A stretch of DNA of 62,541 nt, the filler included, from Choristocarpus tenellus KU-1152 (Eukaryota; Protista; Phaeophyceae): the NCBI GenBank assembly GCA_964200185.2. It is 12 parts of 12 records of this genome, joined end to end, with 100 filler letters (N's around TTAATTAATTAA, not from the genome) between each part and the next. Parts side by side here need not be neighbours in the genome. Positions count along the whole stretch, not along the records: positions 27,410 to 34,298 come from CAXNAD020007137.1; positions 34,399 to 40,971 come from CAXNAD020007838.1; 10 more parts are not named here. One strand, given 5' to 3'. Positions 27,647-40,948 of this stretch are shown here, piece after piece. The stretch's first letter is position 1; each line of letters begins with the position of its first letter. The notes beneath the pieces were generated by a model. It was not told the DNA's origin and searched no databases. It saw only the letters and a list, made by a program, of their open reading frames with translations. The translations under genes and the position numbers were made by a program.

Positions 27647-30600
27647 CCTGTCCTGAGGTGGGAGCGTCCTGTTGTAAGCTTTGCAATAATGTCGACACTG
27701 CTTCTTATCTCCTGGTACGATTTGATGCACTTGGTTCTTCCCCTTGCACTGCTAAGCATTGTGGTTTTGGTGCTAGGTGAGCTGACGACATGTGTACGTG
27801 GGTACATGTGTTGAGCAATCATATTCCAATCTCTGGTGCTTGGTAGTAATAGTTGCAAGGGTTGTGGACAGGATTTGACTTTGCTGAAGGAAAAAGTAAC
27901 ACACACACACATATGCACACACACAAAAGATCACACCATTTACACTATGTGCTGAAATTATTATGATAACCTGAACATACACCTAGGCCTTTTCATGGCC
28001 TTTGGACCGTTGGGTGCCGAACAGATAATAGGAAATTGTATCCAGTTTGATGAGGTAATGCTTTCTTGTGTCCTTCATCCACGTCAGAGTCTGCCAGATT
28101 GGAAAGGAGTGGATGCAAGTCCCTTGGTTACAGGATGCTTTTGACATATTGGAGACTGCCAAAAAGCACCAACTGTTTCCAATAGTCTCTCTTGCTAAAT
28201 ACTGTATAGGGAAAATGAAATATGGAAACAACAAGGCTGTAGAAGCACAAAAAACAGGAGATGATAGGGAAATACAAATGTATGCAGTCTTTGTCCGACC
28301 TGAACTCCCTCCCCCCCTTTCTAGATCTCTTGATGTGATGTCACTATCTGTTTGTTACAAATTTGTCTGTGTTGTAGTTAGGGGAGGCCCCTTGCAGCTG
28401 TCACCAGTCTCCTCAGGGATGCTATCTGCCGGAAAAGAGAAGCGTCCTAGTCAACACACCAGGCAAAAGAGGCAAGAGTCTCTCCACCCCCTCATCTGTC
28501 CATCCACTTGCATGGTTTCCTCACAAATTGCCCGCTAATCTTGTAGCATTACTGAAGCTTCAATTCCCTGCTTGGATCAAGGGGACCAAGACTGAAAGGA
28601 ATTTATACAGGTTGCTTCAGACTTGCAGCTCGATGGACTGACACTTTACTTTCAACACCCTTGGAAATTGTTGCTGCCATGATCATGTGGGCAATCCCCC
28701 TTTCTAGAACTTTCCAGCTGCAGTAAGGCCACCATCGTAGTCTTTGCCTATGGTTTTTTGTGGTACCTGCTAGGTTCAGCTACCTCTATGCCCCCCCCCA
28801 TGTATCTCATTACAAGTCCTTGTCCTTCACTTTGATACTTGCCCAAGTTGCACTTGGGAGAAAATGTGCCATCTATTCCCAGCACAACAAGGAAATCCTT
28901 GTGACCCCACAAGCTCCCATCCTATTATCCTGACTTAGCTGTACGCTCCCACCCTCACCCCCTCACAGTGCCACCTCTGGAGGTTTTGCGTTGACCTGGT
29001 GGGTTAATGAAGTTCACTCCTTTGCAGGAACAAACACAGAGAGGGTCACTGTACCGGCTGACTCCACACTTTCATCAGGAGCAACAACACAAGGTGACAA
29101 CAAACCGGTGGAATCTAGAACAAATACTGAGGAGAGACTTGATGCTGGGGACAGAAGGGTTGGTAGTATCACAACAGGTGAGGACAGTGCTACTGATTGT
29201 GAAAGAGACACTGGCCAACAGCAGGAAGGGGAAGAACCTAGCCCAAGTGAGTGTGGTGCTGCCTCTTCATTGCCGTCCCAGCAGCAGCGACAGCAGCCGA
29301 TGGAGGGGATACTTGAACGCGTGAAAGGAGTGCAAGAAAAGGCTGGAAAGATGCAGGTACAAGTTCATACTTGAAAATACTTGTGGTTTTGAGGTGGGGG
29401 AGTAGATGTTGGGGAAAGCTGGGAAGGGGGAGGGGGAGTATTTGAGTGTTACTTGTGGAGGGTCATCATTTGCAAGAAGGCCGTATACTGCTGTACAGAT
29501 GCCTCTCATATAATCGGAATCCCTTATACAGGCCAAGATCCACGGGTACAACGCTTTCCTTCTCAAGGTTAGGAGCCTGTTCCTGTGGAGTGATCCAGTA
29601 AGAACCAAGGCGTTGATGGCAGGGGTAACGGCTCTGGCATTGGTACTAGTCATTATCCCCATGAGGTATGTATGTGTGTGCAGTCCAACATTGAGTTCAA
29701 GCCTGGTAGTGGTATTATGGTTCACAGTGCTGCACAGAGTTTGCACTGTTGTGCAGGGGTTGCTAATAGCGTATAGCCCTTGGGAGAGGACGCATGACTT
29801 TTTTTTTCGGGTTAGGAAGAGAGGCGTAACGCTACAGAGATCTGGTTCATGGAGAGTATGTGTAATATTCCTCTGTGATGGGTACAAACAGACAGAAAGG
29901 AGCATGAAAGATTTGAAGTAGTCAAGCACAGAACTTTTATAGGAGTAGATCACCATTGCCAACACCTGTGATGCTTCTTAATGCTGCAGAAGCATACTCT
30001 AGTATTTTGGCACAATGATGTGGTAGTTGCAGATGAGAGTGTATCTTTTATACCACACAGGGAAAACCTTTGAGGGCGATATGGAGTACTGTTTTCGTTT
30101 TTTCTTTAGCATGTGTTTCTTGGACAAGTGATTGCAGGCACCCTCAAACGAAGTAAATGGATAGTGTGTATTTGTGGCAAACTACACTTAGAGCCAGGTG
30201 CCGAAACATTTTGCTGTTTAATGCATGGGTCTCATAGGTTCGAACCCCTTCAACCCCAGACCTTTTTTCATCGGAATCTGGTACTAAAAAAGTCAGGATT
30301 CCTTGTGGCAAGATCTCTTCACACAATTACATAGATAAAGGGAGAGAGGCAGTGTGGAAATTCACTATTACACAGGTATAAGAGAATGAGGGGAGTATGA
30401 CAACACTTACAGATATCCACGACTTTGTATCTTTTGTAGGAGTAGCCGCTAATATTGTTGTGCATTTTGAATGCGCACGTATATGAGTGAAGTACCCATG
30501 GTATGATGAATGTATTGTGGTACTCAGCAGCAATATGCCCGGCATACATTGCATCCAAGAGCACTTGTTTAATCCATCGTCTTTTCGGATGGAGAGAATA

Positions 30601-31739
30601 GAGTGAGCCAGAATGCTTTGCTTACCTGCAGTTTAGCGTAGGGCACATATACTTGGCAGTGTTGAAGAAGGGACCTCGAGTGTGGTCAAGTGAGGTTGGC
30701 AAGAATGAAGCCCCTATTTCTTAATGAGCATATTTTCCGAGGGCACAAATGAAGTGTGCAATTCCAATATAGCTTGGAGGTACAGGCTGCCCTCAAGCTG
30801 AGATGGTGTAGTGAATGAAAGAAAACGAGAGGTACCCAGAATTGAACTTTAAAGATGCTGACAAATATGTGGAAAAATCGAAGATACTTTCTGAATTCTG
30901 TCAAAAGGTCTCAAATAACAGAGAAATCAACAATCTCAAGTCAAACTTAGCACTTCATCCATAAAAATATGGGTGAACTGCAAAAAGTGAAGAACTGGTT
31001 TAGAATGCGCAATGGCCAAATGTACCTCTCATTTACTTTGGGTCAGTGCTATATTCTGGTACCACTTGTCAATTCAAGATGTGCTTGCTGTATTAATAGC
31101 ATGTTTCTCTCTCATTTTTTTACAAGAGGGAAGACCTGTGTTTGGTATATCGTAGAGACTACTCGGAACTTTATACCTGAAATAAAAGTCATCCTCTCTA
31201 TGCACCAGTCGTTGTATAATTGTGCAATCCTTTCCCAGATATGCAATTACCTCCCTTTCACTGTCCCCAAACCCTATCAAGAGTTGAACTGACTGGATTA
31301 GTGACTTGAATTGTGGATGGAAGTTACTTTCACATCACCAACCTCTCTGATCAATGGTGCTCTTCCCACCTTTGAGGGTTGGAGGGCGTTGTGCCTAGTC
31401 AAAATAGTCCCGTCTCTGTATTAGGGAGTGCATCCCATCAATTCTACTTTACTCTCCTGTTTCCATAATTTTCCACACCTCTCTACCCCTCTCCCTTGCC
31501 TTCCACATAGATATATGTGGTCTGCGACTGTCTTATTCCTCTTCTCTAAGCCAATACGCCCTCAGGACCCCGTGTTGATCGAGTTACTGTGGATGGACTT
31601 CTGGCAGGGTCTGCCAGAGGAGTCAAGTACACACAGAAATATGCACATGGATGCAATCTATAGACACCAAGCATCACAAGTATTTTGTAAAATCCACAGG
31701 AGGGTGAAGGGTCAAGTAAGAGGCAAGAAGGAGGCATAA
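27647..31739 (+). CDS. 3' part of a membrane protein resembling DUF639 / PRT_C-type hairpin domain (exons 27647-27776, 29028-29356, 29532-29665, 31511-31739)
   Basis: Four exons with AG/GT sites and matching phases (1, 0, 2): VLRWERPVVSFAIMSTLLL..., ILERVKGVQEKAGKMQ, AKIHGYNAFLLKVRSLFLWSDPVRTKALM...IIPMR, YMWSATVLFLFSKP...DFWQGLP...stop. The gene model is solid, the family call is by-eye. Confidence 0.75.
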
Positions 31740-32899
31740 AGATTCTTAGCCTCCATGTAGTGCGAGAAACAATGCATTTATCCAACTGTGTACAAATGTT
31801 GTCTGCCCTAGTGTCGTGTGTATCTGACTGAAGTGTAATGTGTGTGTGAGTGAGTTTGCTGGAGCAGAATAATGTGTGCTGTGAAATTCTCACTGATTTT
31901 GTGACTGTTCGATGTGTCAACTGCGACTTACATAATTAGATATCATGAGTGTCCCTTATGAAAGGTAAAACTAGTTATGGGGTGTGATCCATCTTGAGTG
32001 TAAGAATGAACTTTCTTCTGATGAATCGCTTCATAGAGGAATAAAAAGTGTGTGCGTGTGTGTGTGTATCTGTGTGGTGTTGATTCTGCTGACAGCAGTA
32101 GCTGTGTACAATTGGTTTGGGCTGGTGTTATATGTGAGCGGCTGTCTCAAGCAATCTTCTGTAAGAGGCGCAAACCTTCATCATTGCAGCAATACTCTCA
32201 GTAATGAAGATATATTATTATCACACGCTCAAGAAATGCTGACGTAAGATATGTGGTCATAGAACTGCTGTACATCACTGAACTGCGCAAATGTAAGCCT
32301 TCAAAGGGTACCAACCACACCTTGCAGTCTAATGTTCCACCTAAATTTTGATTGGAACCTCTCACTGATGGACTGATCTGGAGTATCTGATATTCTTGGG
32401 GATTAGTACAATTGTCAACCGTATCACCTTGTGGCAGTAGAGTAGTTTTAAGCTATTTTGTTGATCTTGACGGTTAAACTTCAATATTGATAGCAACGGT
32501 TTTTGTAATGCTTAGCCCTGCTGTAAGTATTTGAATATCTTTGATTTCTTCTCGAGTTGTTAGGTCCACTAGCGTGTAGAGTTCTTTTCAGTGAGACTTA
32601 AGTCAGGAAAAGTATCAGATGACATTATTGGACAGTTCTCAATCTCACGGGGAGTACTGGCATGGGTTAGGAGGAACTGAAGATTGTGATGCAAGACCTT
32701 GTTACATACTACGACAGCAACTCAATGTTCTTGATTGTGGTTGGAGGAGTGATGATGACACTCTCCTACATAGCTTGACTGCAGTGGCTTCGATGGATGC
32801 ATTGTTTATGAAGTTTACTTCAAATCAAAGTATAGTAAGTCTATGGTTGGTCCATATTACTCGATCTGATTTTATGTTGCAGTACAAGATTGTTTTGGA

Positions 32900-34298
32900 A
32901 GGAGGATATGTTACTCCATTTAAATAGAGATGTGGATATTTTCCAATACTGCTGTTGTTGTTATCCAACCGTTAACAATGATTACTGTTGCCGTTGTGGT
33001 ACTCGTAGAACTTCTGATATGCCACTGCGACTAGAAAGTTCTTGTGGCAACTCAAAGGAGTCCATCGCCAACAACATGGTGTCCATGTTTGGAAGAACAC
33101 TAAGATCACCGGGAGAAATGAGAAAACTGGTGAATATTTTTGAAAGAATCAACAAACAGCTCAATCGCTCAAACGACGGACCCCACTTCATAGTTTCTTG
33201 AAGAGAGGGTTTCCCACAAACTTAGCCGTCCTCCCATTTATTATGAAGTACTACATGTATCCTTCGGTTACTATTATGTCCTCCACGAAGTGAAGTATGA
33301 CGAATGGTACATTTCATCGTCATCATGCTACGTTGTGGCCTGTGCGGATACATACCACTATCTATGTACAGGGAAAGGTGGGCTGGGTTCGTCTTACGCT
33401 GTTGATCCTTACTACTATTGAAATGTGATGCGAGACTCCACCACTCCTACACACTCCAATTGATTTACATAAATCCTTCACAGGGAATGCAGCATCAAAT
33501 CGACACGCATTATCTAAATTGATCATATTATAATCACACAAATGTCATCTCGGTGAAACGCTGTAGACTGATTCGTCATACTGTTTGGATACTAATTTCG
33601 ATTTAAGGTGGACCCAACACTAAAAGCTATTCTACACAACAGCTGGATCTCACTTTTTTAACTGCAACCAAATTTGTTATTATTTCTACGGAAACAGTAT
33701 AGGGCTGCTAAAGGCAGGGGGCAAGCACATACACAACAAAGAATACTTAATCACATTAACAACGGATGAGGACGTCAACACACTACCAGCCCCACATTCC
33801 CTCTCATCCTTCCCCCGGAGCTATTTCTTTTGGTAGCATTATACACTAATAATGTTGATGTTTTGTGGCTATTTTGGTACATGAGTCTCTTGTTCACACA
33901 CTGACCAGAGCAGCTTTGTAATACGTTGTGCTGACTTGAAAAGAAAACACAGTGTCTGTTAAGCTGTCCTTGACGATCTGTTGTCCCAGATGAAAAAGGG
34001 AGAGTACAGAGGTCCAAGGAGGGAGTAGGACGATTGGAAGGAGAAAGGGAATGGAGCAGGAAGGACCTGTTCCAGACTACAGATCTATGATCGGTAGTAT
34101 CTAAATGTGGGTATCAATCATGACAAGGTCTGATGCAACATCAGCAGTATGGAGCCTAACGATGCAGTTTGTGAATCCCACAGTGACGGATTGGAAGGAG
34201 GCTGAGAGAATTATTGTTTATTAGCTTGTATCACAGTTAAGAGAGTGAGATACCGTCACTAGGTGGGGCTCACCAATCCTTACATTGAATGACTCAGA
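32900..34298 (+). mobile_element. Ty1/copia retrotransposon relic
   Basis: 34078-34225 reads YRSMIGSI*MWVSIMTRSDATSAVWSLTMQFVNPTVTDWKEAERIIVY, a clear match to the copia YRSxVGSLxY..TRPDI..AV..L....NP...HW.AAKRILRY motif. Weaker gag-like sequence near 33100. Left boundary uncertain. Confidence 0.7.
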
Positions 34299-34398
34299 NN
34301 NNNNNNNNNNNNNNNNNNNNNNNNNNNNNNNNNNNNNNNNNNTTAATTAATTAANNNNNNNNNNNNNNNNNNNNNNNNNNNNNNNNNNNNNNNNNNNN

Positions 34399-34647
34399 CT
34401 GTTGTGGTGGAATAACACCTGTTGTGGTGGAATAGATGGCACCTGTTGTGGTGAATTAACACCTGTTGTGATGGAATAACACCTGTTGTGGTGGAATGGA
34501 TGGCACCTGTTGTGGTAGAATAACACCTGTTGCGGTGGAATAGATAACACCTGTTGTGGTGGAATAACACCTGTTGTGGTGGAATAGCACCTGTTGTGGT
34601 GAATTAACACCTGTTGTGATGGAATAACACCTGTTGTGGTGGAATAG
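34399..34647. repeat. 20/24-bp minisatellite, about 12 units, with higher-order pattern
   Basis: Core CACCTGTTGTGGTG with linkers GAATAA, GAATAGATGG or AATTAA. Truncated by the contig start. Confidence 0.92.
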
Positions 34648-34925
34648 TGGTATCTCAATGTCTGACATAGTGGACGAATGCATGCTCCTGTTCAAAATTT
34701 GGAAGTAGAAAGTGCAATCAAGCACACTTGTACCCATTGCTTCGCTGATGAGAGACTTAAGACCAATCTATCAGTTCCGCTTGATATTTCTTTACATTCC
34801 GACTTTTTGACCATACTATCTCGCTAGGGCAATACCTTGCCATGTGCATAACTCCTGTAGATAATAGTTCCCAACATTCACTTTGCTACTGTCTTTGACT
34901 ACGCTTAACTCCTCACCCTCACCAG

Positions 34926-37013
34926 GTTGATGAAGGTGACTCTGGTGGAGATGGCCTTAGGCCACAGATGCTGGTGTCACTTACGGCTCCTAAATTGAGT
35001 GCCAGGTGAGACCTGTGGAGTCCCATGAGCCTCCCCCACCTAAGTCCTTAGTTCATGTCTCCCAGTGGAGCATGAAATAGGAAATGTATATTCGCATTGC
35101 CAGTGTTGTGCCTGTCCAGTGGTACACTACAGTCTTAGTAGACTAATGCTGTACCTTTTCATGGCAAGCGAGTGGTACAAGTTCGTGCTTGTGTCCTACA
35201 TAGTGTGTTCTTGCATATATTGCACAGTCAGGTTGCAAATGAGACAGTTAATTGCATTCTTTGACATCTCCTGAAGGTCCTTAGCCATGTCTACCAATGC
35301 CTGCAGAGGCATTAGTCTCCACGGCCAAACAGCTTTGACACAACACTTTCTTTCGGAAGGTGTCAGCTTTTTGTATGTAGCACCTGTGATTCTATCCCCA
35401 CTGCCTGTTTACAAAGCTTTATGTTGCGTGAGTGTGTCAGGGAATGATTGTGTGGGGAACGATACGATTGCTTTCTGCGTTTTGCTGAAGAGTGTGCTGT
35501 CGCATACAAAATACTGACACCTTAAGGACAAAAACTGTTACGTCATGGAGCTGTTCTGGCAGTCAAGACCAATGCCTCTGCATGCATTGGTAGATGTGCC
35601 TGAGGGCTCTCAATGATGTCGAAGTATGTACCGCATGTCTCATTTCCATGCTGTCTGAGCAAGGTATGTGTACTACTTGATCTTGTTGATTTCGTTATGT
35701 TAACCCTAACCCTACAGGACAGTGTGGGATCATGCATGCAAAAGCCACCGCTTGTTAAAACATAGGCTGCTCTTTTTTTTTTTCCCCCCTTGATATGGTG
35801 CAGTACCGCCAGCTCTCGCCCTGACTGTTGGTTGATTGGTCCACTGCACCGGTCATTATTTTTATTTTCGCATTCCCAACTCACCGTCGCAACAACATCA
35901 ACAACGCCTGTTAGGACAACGAGTACATAGAATGACAAGATCAGTCCATATATACATCACACATGTGCAGGGATAGCATGCGCCACCCGAGTCTCGTCAG
36001 ATGTTGATTCAAGTGTGCGTTCTCGTAGTACTGTTGTCTTTTTTCGTTTCTCGTTATTTTTTTCTTCTTCTCAACAAACGAATTAGGGTTAGGGTTAGGG
36101 TTAGGGTAGCCCCCGATGCACGTTAATTGTTGATTATTATTATTATTTGTTTCTTGGTTGTCATTGCCCCCCCTCGTAGTACGCCATGTTCACTCTGCAA
36201 TAATAAGTGTACCTGCTGCACACCTGGATTGCCATATATTCATATTTAAATAATCTGGGGAAACCCTTGTCCACCATGGTAACAAGTCTCTCTTCAGAGT
36301 ATGGATTGACCCAAAGTATCTGGGGTGGGGGGGGGGGGGGGGGGGGGCGTCTACACCGGGGTGTCTATTTGGCCCAAAATCAGGAATAGTGCATTTACAT
36401 TATCCATCCGACGTATGGAACCAAATCACACAAGAATCACGACATGGAAAAATCGACCCCAAATGGACAACCGCCACCTCCCCCCCCCCCCCCCCCCCCC
36501 CAGATACTTTTGAACCATTTCTTCCTTTGAACACTTCAAGAAAGAACACTGAATTCACATCACGTCATTCATGACTGAGCGATCAGCAATCTCGTTCTCA
36601 GCAGAACACAGTCATCGGTGCTTCGCAACACTACGACTACTTCCCTTTGCATTGCAGACTACGCAATTTCACTCAAGAGCACAATCCATTCGATTCAGGT
36701 TTTAATATTGTTATGGATAATATTTTACAAGGAAGGATCCAGCATGTGAAGCGTGAAGCGTGATCATGGTGCACTTGAGTACCTTTGCTTTACCCCCTTT
36801 GTGTGTATGTCATACATCTTGCACCCTTTTCGCCTGTACCGTTTCAGGTTCTTCACTGGTGAGCATCACTTCTTGGGGGGAAGATTTGTCCCGCCTTCCA
36901 TCAAGGAAAAGTATCAACTGAAGCTCCCTGACTACCCTGGGACAGAGCAATGTGTTCGCCTAGAGAACTGGGCGGAGGAGGCGAAATACCTGGCGGAGGC
37001 CACCAGGAAGTAA
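34926..37013 (+). CDS. NAXE: NAD(P)H-hydrate epimerase (YjeF N-terminal family), last two exons (34926-35005, 36848-37013)
   Basis: [27 protein letters not shown] spliced in phase 2 to [38 protein letters not shown]...stop. SLTAPK and HxLGGRFVP are NAXE/AIBP signatures. Confidence 0.93.
36308..36516 (+). mobile_element. MITE family A, complete copy in the NAXE intron
   Basis: GACCCAAAGTATCT(G)n ... (C)nAGATACTTTTGAACC. Flanks ATT/ATT. Confidence 0.9.
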
Positions 37014-39299
37014 ATAGGAGACTCACAGCGAAATATAACACTATGGAGCATGCGGTAGTGTTTTATCTGACGCAGCAAATCTACCCTCTATATATATAGT
37101 TGCTGAATCACATTCAGGCCAATCTTCTTTTTATTATTTCAAACATACAGTTTTTTGCTCCTTGAATGTGCAAGACAATAGGATACCCCCCCCCCCCAAT
37201 TTGTACCCTAGGATGCTGTATCCACGAATGTCCAGTTCTGCAGTATGACATATACCTCACTGTAGTTGACATGTTCTGGATATGTGCACCTCTAGACAAT
37301 CTTGGGAGAGCACCGCATCTAAAAAGAGCTCAACATACTACTATATCTGACCTGAACCATGCAATGGAGAATCAGGGAGTGAAGCAAAGTCCACACACAG
37401 AGCTTCCAGAAGGGCAGCAAAATCTTATTGTGCAGTTGTTTCAGGTAGCGGATGATTGACTCAATTGTGACAACTAAGGGTATATGAGGAACAGGTTGTC
37501 AGCCGGTGACCTGTGCCATTCGAATGTAATTTTATGTAAATATGCTCGTTCCGGAGTAACACCAAGGCAGGTCCAGCCCAAGATTTTGAGGGGGATGAAG
37601 TCACGAGCGGTGAGATGGCTGAACCCAAACCTAAGGCATCAACGGATTCAGTGAGATTGAGTCACAGTGCAACAATTAGGTTGAGTAGTAGTGCTGTGTG
37701 CAGTGTCTCTGAACACGGGACAGGATAGTCCCAGGCTAAATGCCAATTAGTAATGAAGCATGTCTTATCTGTAAGATACAACAATACCACTTGCCTGTAT
37801 CTGGTCTTTGTTCTTGTATGTCTGCTTGCTCTCTCGCATTTCATTTGTTGCTGTAATAATATAAGTATTCTGTTACTTTTGATGGCACTGTGCAGTAAGA
37901 CACTAAATCCGTTTTTTCATGTCAGACACCTGTTCCACATGGGGGATGCCTGAGCTGCAAGGCGACTACATGCTGCTGGGATTCATGGAGAGCTGTCGAG
38001 AGTAGAAAAGGAAGAGCAGCAGGGCCTCAATGGTGTTGGATGTGAGATGTGAGTTATGCATCACGTAAAATTTCGGATGCAAAAAAAGGGTAAGCACCCA
38101 ACAATTCCGACGCCACTCCCATCTCCTCTCTCTCCCTCAAATGCCAAGGCTGTACTAATTTTATCACACACTCAATTTCCACATCTCTCGTTTCACCACA
38201 ATGTCTGTGAGTGGACTGACCAGTCAACTTTTATATTTAGTATTTCCCCAATCTTACACAACACTGGATAATAAGAAATGAAAAAAGTGAACCTTCTGTG
38301 CAGTATTTGTACTTGCATGTGAAATGCTCAACCCTCAAGGCCACCATATGTACTTGCTGCATTGAGACATAAGAGAGTAGCAGATTTGTGTAGAGAAAGA
38401 GCAGGAGGACCTCAACATCGGCAGTTGTGAGATGTCCGGCAACATGCATAGTGCAACTCTGTAGAATAATAGTGTCGTACTCAATAAGAATAGAACGATA
38501 AGTATTTTCCGAGTAGGAACTTCAACACCTGCTGGGATTGACTTCCTCTGCCAGCGAATGGACATGAGGTGCACCTAGCAGGTATTTGAATATGAAAGGT
38601 GTTCCAAAAACCGTGATCTCAAGAGTCACTGAAGGTGCACCTAATCCAGTCCAAATAGCAAAAAAGGGTCTGGTGACCGTTCAGAGATATTTTTGTGTTC
38701 AAATAGCAAAAGAAAGGTCTTTGTGCTCCGAGATTTTTTTCCTTGAGGTGAACCTAATCTTGTCCAAATTGCGAAGGAAGTACTGGTGAGATCTGAGGAG
38801 CATTCTTGTCAAGTTGCACCTGATCTTGTCCAAATCGCAAGCAATGACTGTCCTGAGGAAACCAAGCTACTTCAAAGAATTAGCCAAGACTGGGTGCCAA
38901 AGCCAGCTGTAGGCATGGAGGGAGGGGGTACGTGCGCATGATAGCCTTGCCCTGCTCTGATATTGCATCGTCATGTATATTGTGCTGGTTAGTCCTGTAT
39001 TCCTCTCTCCTCTGATATTGATCTGGAAGGTACAGACAGGCAGGGCTCACGGAGATCGAGACCTGCCCTTGGGAGGAGAAGATTGTAACTTACAGATAAT
39101 GTTACTACTCAATATACACGCAACACAGCAGCAGTAATAATAGTACGGTGCTAGTTGTATTATATTGATAAAAACAGCTGCTGTCCCATCCCGCTGGCAC
39201 AAGATGGCCTACCCCCAATCCCCCCACCATTTCACCCTGTAAAGCAACAGAGTTATTGGGGGGCTAATCATACTGGTGGTGTTCCCACAACCTCTATTC

Positions 39300-40140
39300 A
39301 TGAACAGGGGTGGTGTTGATCGAGGTAGCATCGGCGACATACATTTCACAAGGTCTCTTGGCTTGGTTTTGCTTGTCAGTGCTGGGAATCTGCTTTGTGT
39401 CCAGTTTCCCCTTGCGCACTGGCTTGTTCTGTACAGATGACTGTACGGCAGGGTCGATATTTAGATAACTATTGGTAACCTTTGCAACCCCTTTGTATGA
39501 CCTTACATACTCCCTGATAAAGAAACCTCTTAAAAGAGCCAATTTCAGCATCTGGTCTGCCAGGATCATATCCTGCTACACTGCCTGCACATGTCCACAT
39601 GGAAGCCTATTCCTTTGGTGGAATTGGCACTCACACTCTGTTGTGTGAGGCTCTCTGTCATACCACACCATAACACCGTATGTTCAACTACATCCATTAC
39701 TATACAGCTCGGGCAGTGTACAATGCAACTATGGCGACATCGACATGTACATCTACACATATCTACACACAGTCAATCCCTTTTTGCTTATTTGTTGGTG
39801 TTTTTAAAGGCAAATACCAAGGCTTACCCTCAACCTTCTTCACGCTTCCAGAGTTGTTGCCTTAGCTATCGTGAGCAAGAGCATCTTTTGCCATGTTTCT
39901 TTGATAGTATCGTCATTGTCTAGAAGATAACGTGAGCCATGCAATGGAAGGACGAAGGAAGAACTAAAGGAGGTGTTCCTATTGCTTCTTGCTGTCGAGA
40001 GGCATAGGAGACAATTCGGTATCACATATGAACATGCGATATAAACGCAATACAAACTCTCACTCCCATCACGTGTGGGTGTGGGGCTGTATGCCCCTTC
40101 TTCAAATCTGCCGTTGATGTAGTGTAGAGATGAAGGCACA
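39300..40140 (-). mobile_element. Degenerate Ty1/copia RNase H relic
   Basis: SLTQQSVSANST (cf. SKKQxxVAxST) and VRKGKLDTKQIPSTDKQ (cf. VxxGxIxxxxIPSxxQxAD) in the expected order. Confidence 0.4.
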
Positions 40141-40387
40141 CAAGAATATTTATGGTGAAGCTTTTGAAGTTTTCCGATAATCTTGTGTTCTACTTTTACG
40201 GCACTTCAATACTACAACAGTAGTACATAGTACTACATACAACAGACCACTTTCCCCCTTCTTGAAAGAATGTATGACACTAAAAATAGAAAATTCAATA
40301 TTTTGGTTTGCTCACGAATTCTGGATTATTATTTTATTCTATGTTTGCATTCCACCCATTCTCCTCCTCCCCATTGTACCACCACTT

Positions 40388-40948
40388 GTGACCAACCAGT
40401 ACGAACTCCCTTCAACACTGATTTCTAGTCACCTCCCCCCCCTGCGATGACCAACCAATGCGAACCCCTTTCGCAATTGATTTCCAATCACCCCCCACAT
40501 CTGATGACCAACCAGTGCGACCCCTTCGCCATTGATTTCCAGTCATCTCCCCTTTGTGATGACCAACCAGTGTGAACCCCCTTTGCCACTGGTTTCCAGT
40601 CACCTCCCACATCTGATGACCAACCAGTGCGACCCCTTCGTCATTGATTTCCAGTCATCTCCCCTTTGTGATGACCAACCAGTGTGAACCCCCTTTGCCA
40701 CTGATTTCCAGTCACCTCCCACATCTGATGACCAACCAGGGCGACCTCTTCGCCAATGATTTCCAGTCACCCCTTCTTTGCGATGACCAACCAGTGTGAA
40801 CTCCCTTCACTGATTTCTAGTCACCTCCCCCCCCTGCGATGACCAACCAATGTGAACCCCTTTCGCAATTGATTTCCAATCACCCCTTCTTTGCGATGAC
40901 CAACCAGTGTGAACTCCCTTCACTGATTTCTAGTCACCTCCCCCCCCT
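40388..40948. repeat. Minisatellite, 10 units of about 55 bp
   Basis: Each unit starts TGACCAACCARTGYGA and contains TGATTTCYARTCAC. Dimeric higher-order repeats are visible. Confidence 0.93.

Noticed and set aside
34399-34647. CRISPR-like repeat/spacer appearance
   Set aside because: Linkers are only 6-10 nt and are reused, there are no cas genes and the context is eukaryotic.
40388-40948. CRISPR array
   Set aside because: Whole units are homologous, so there are no unique spacers.
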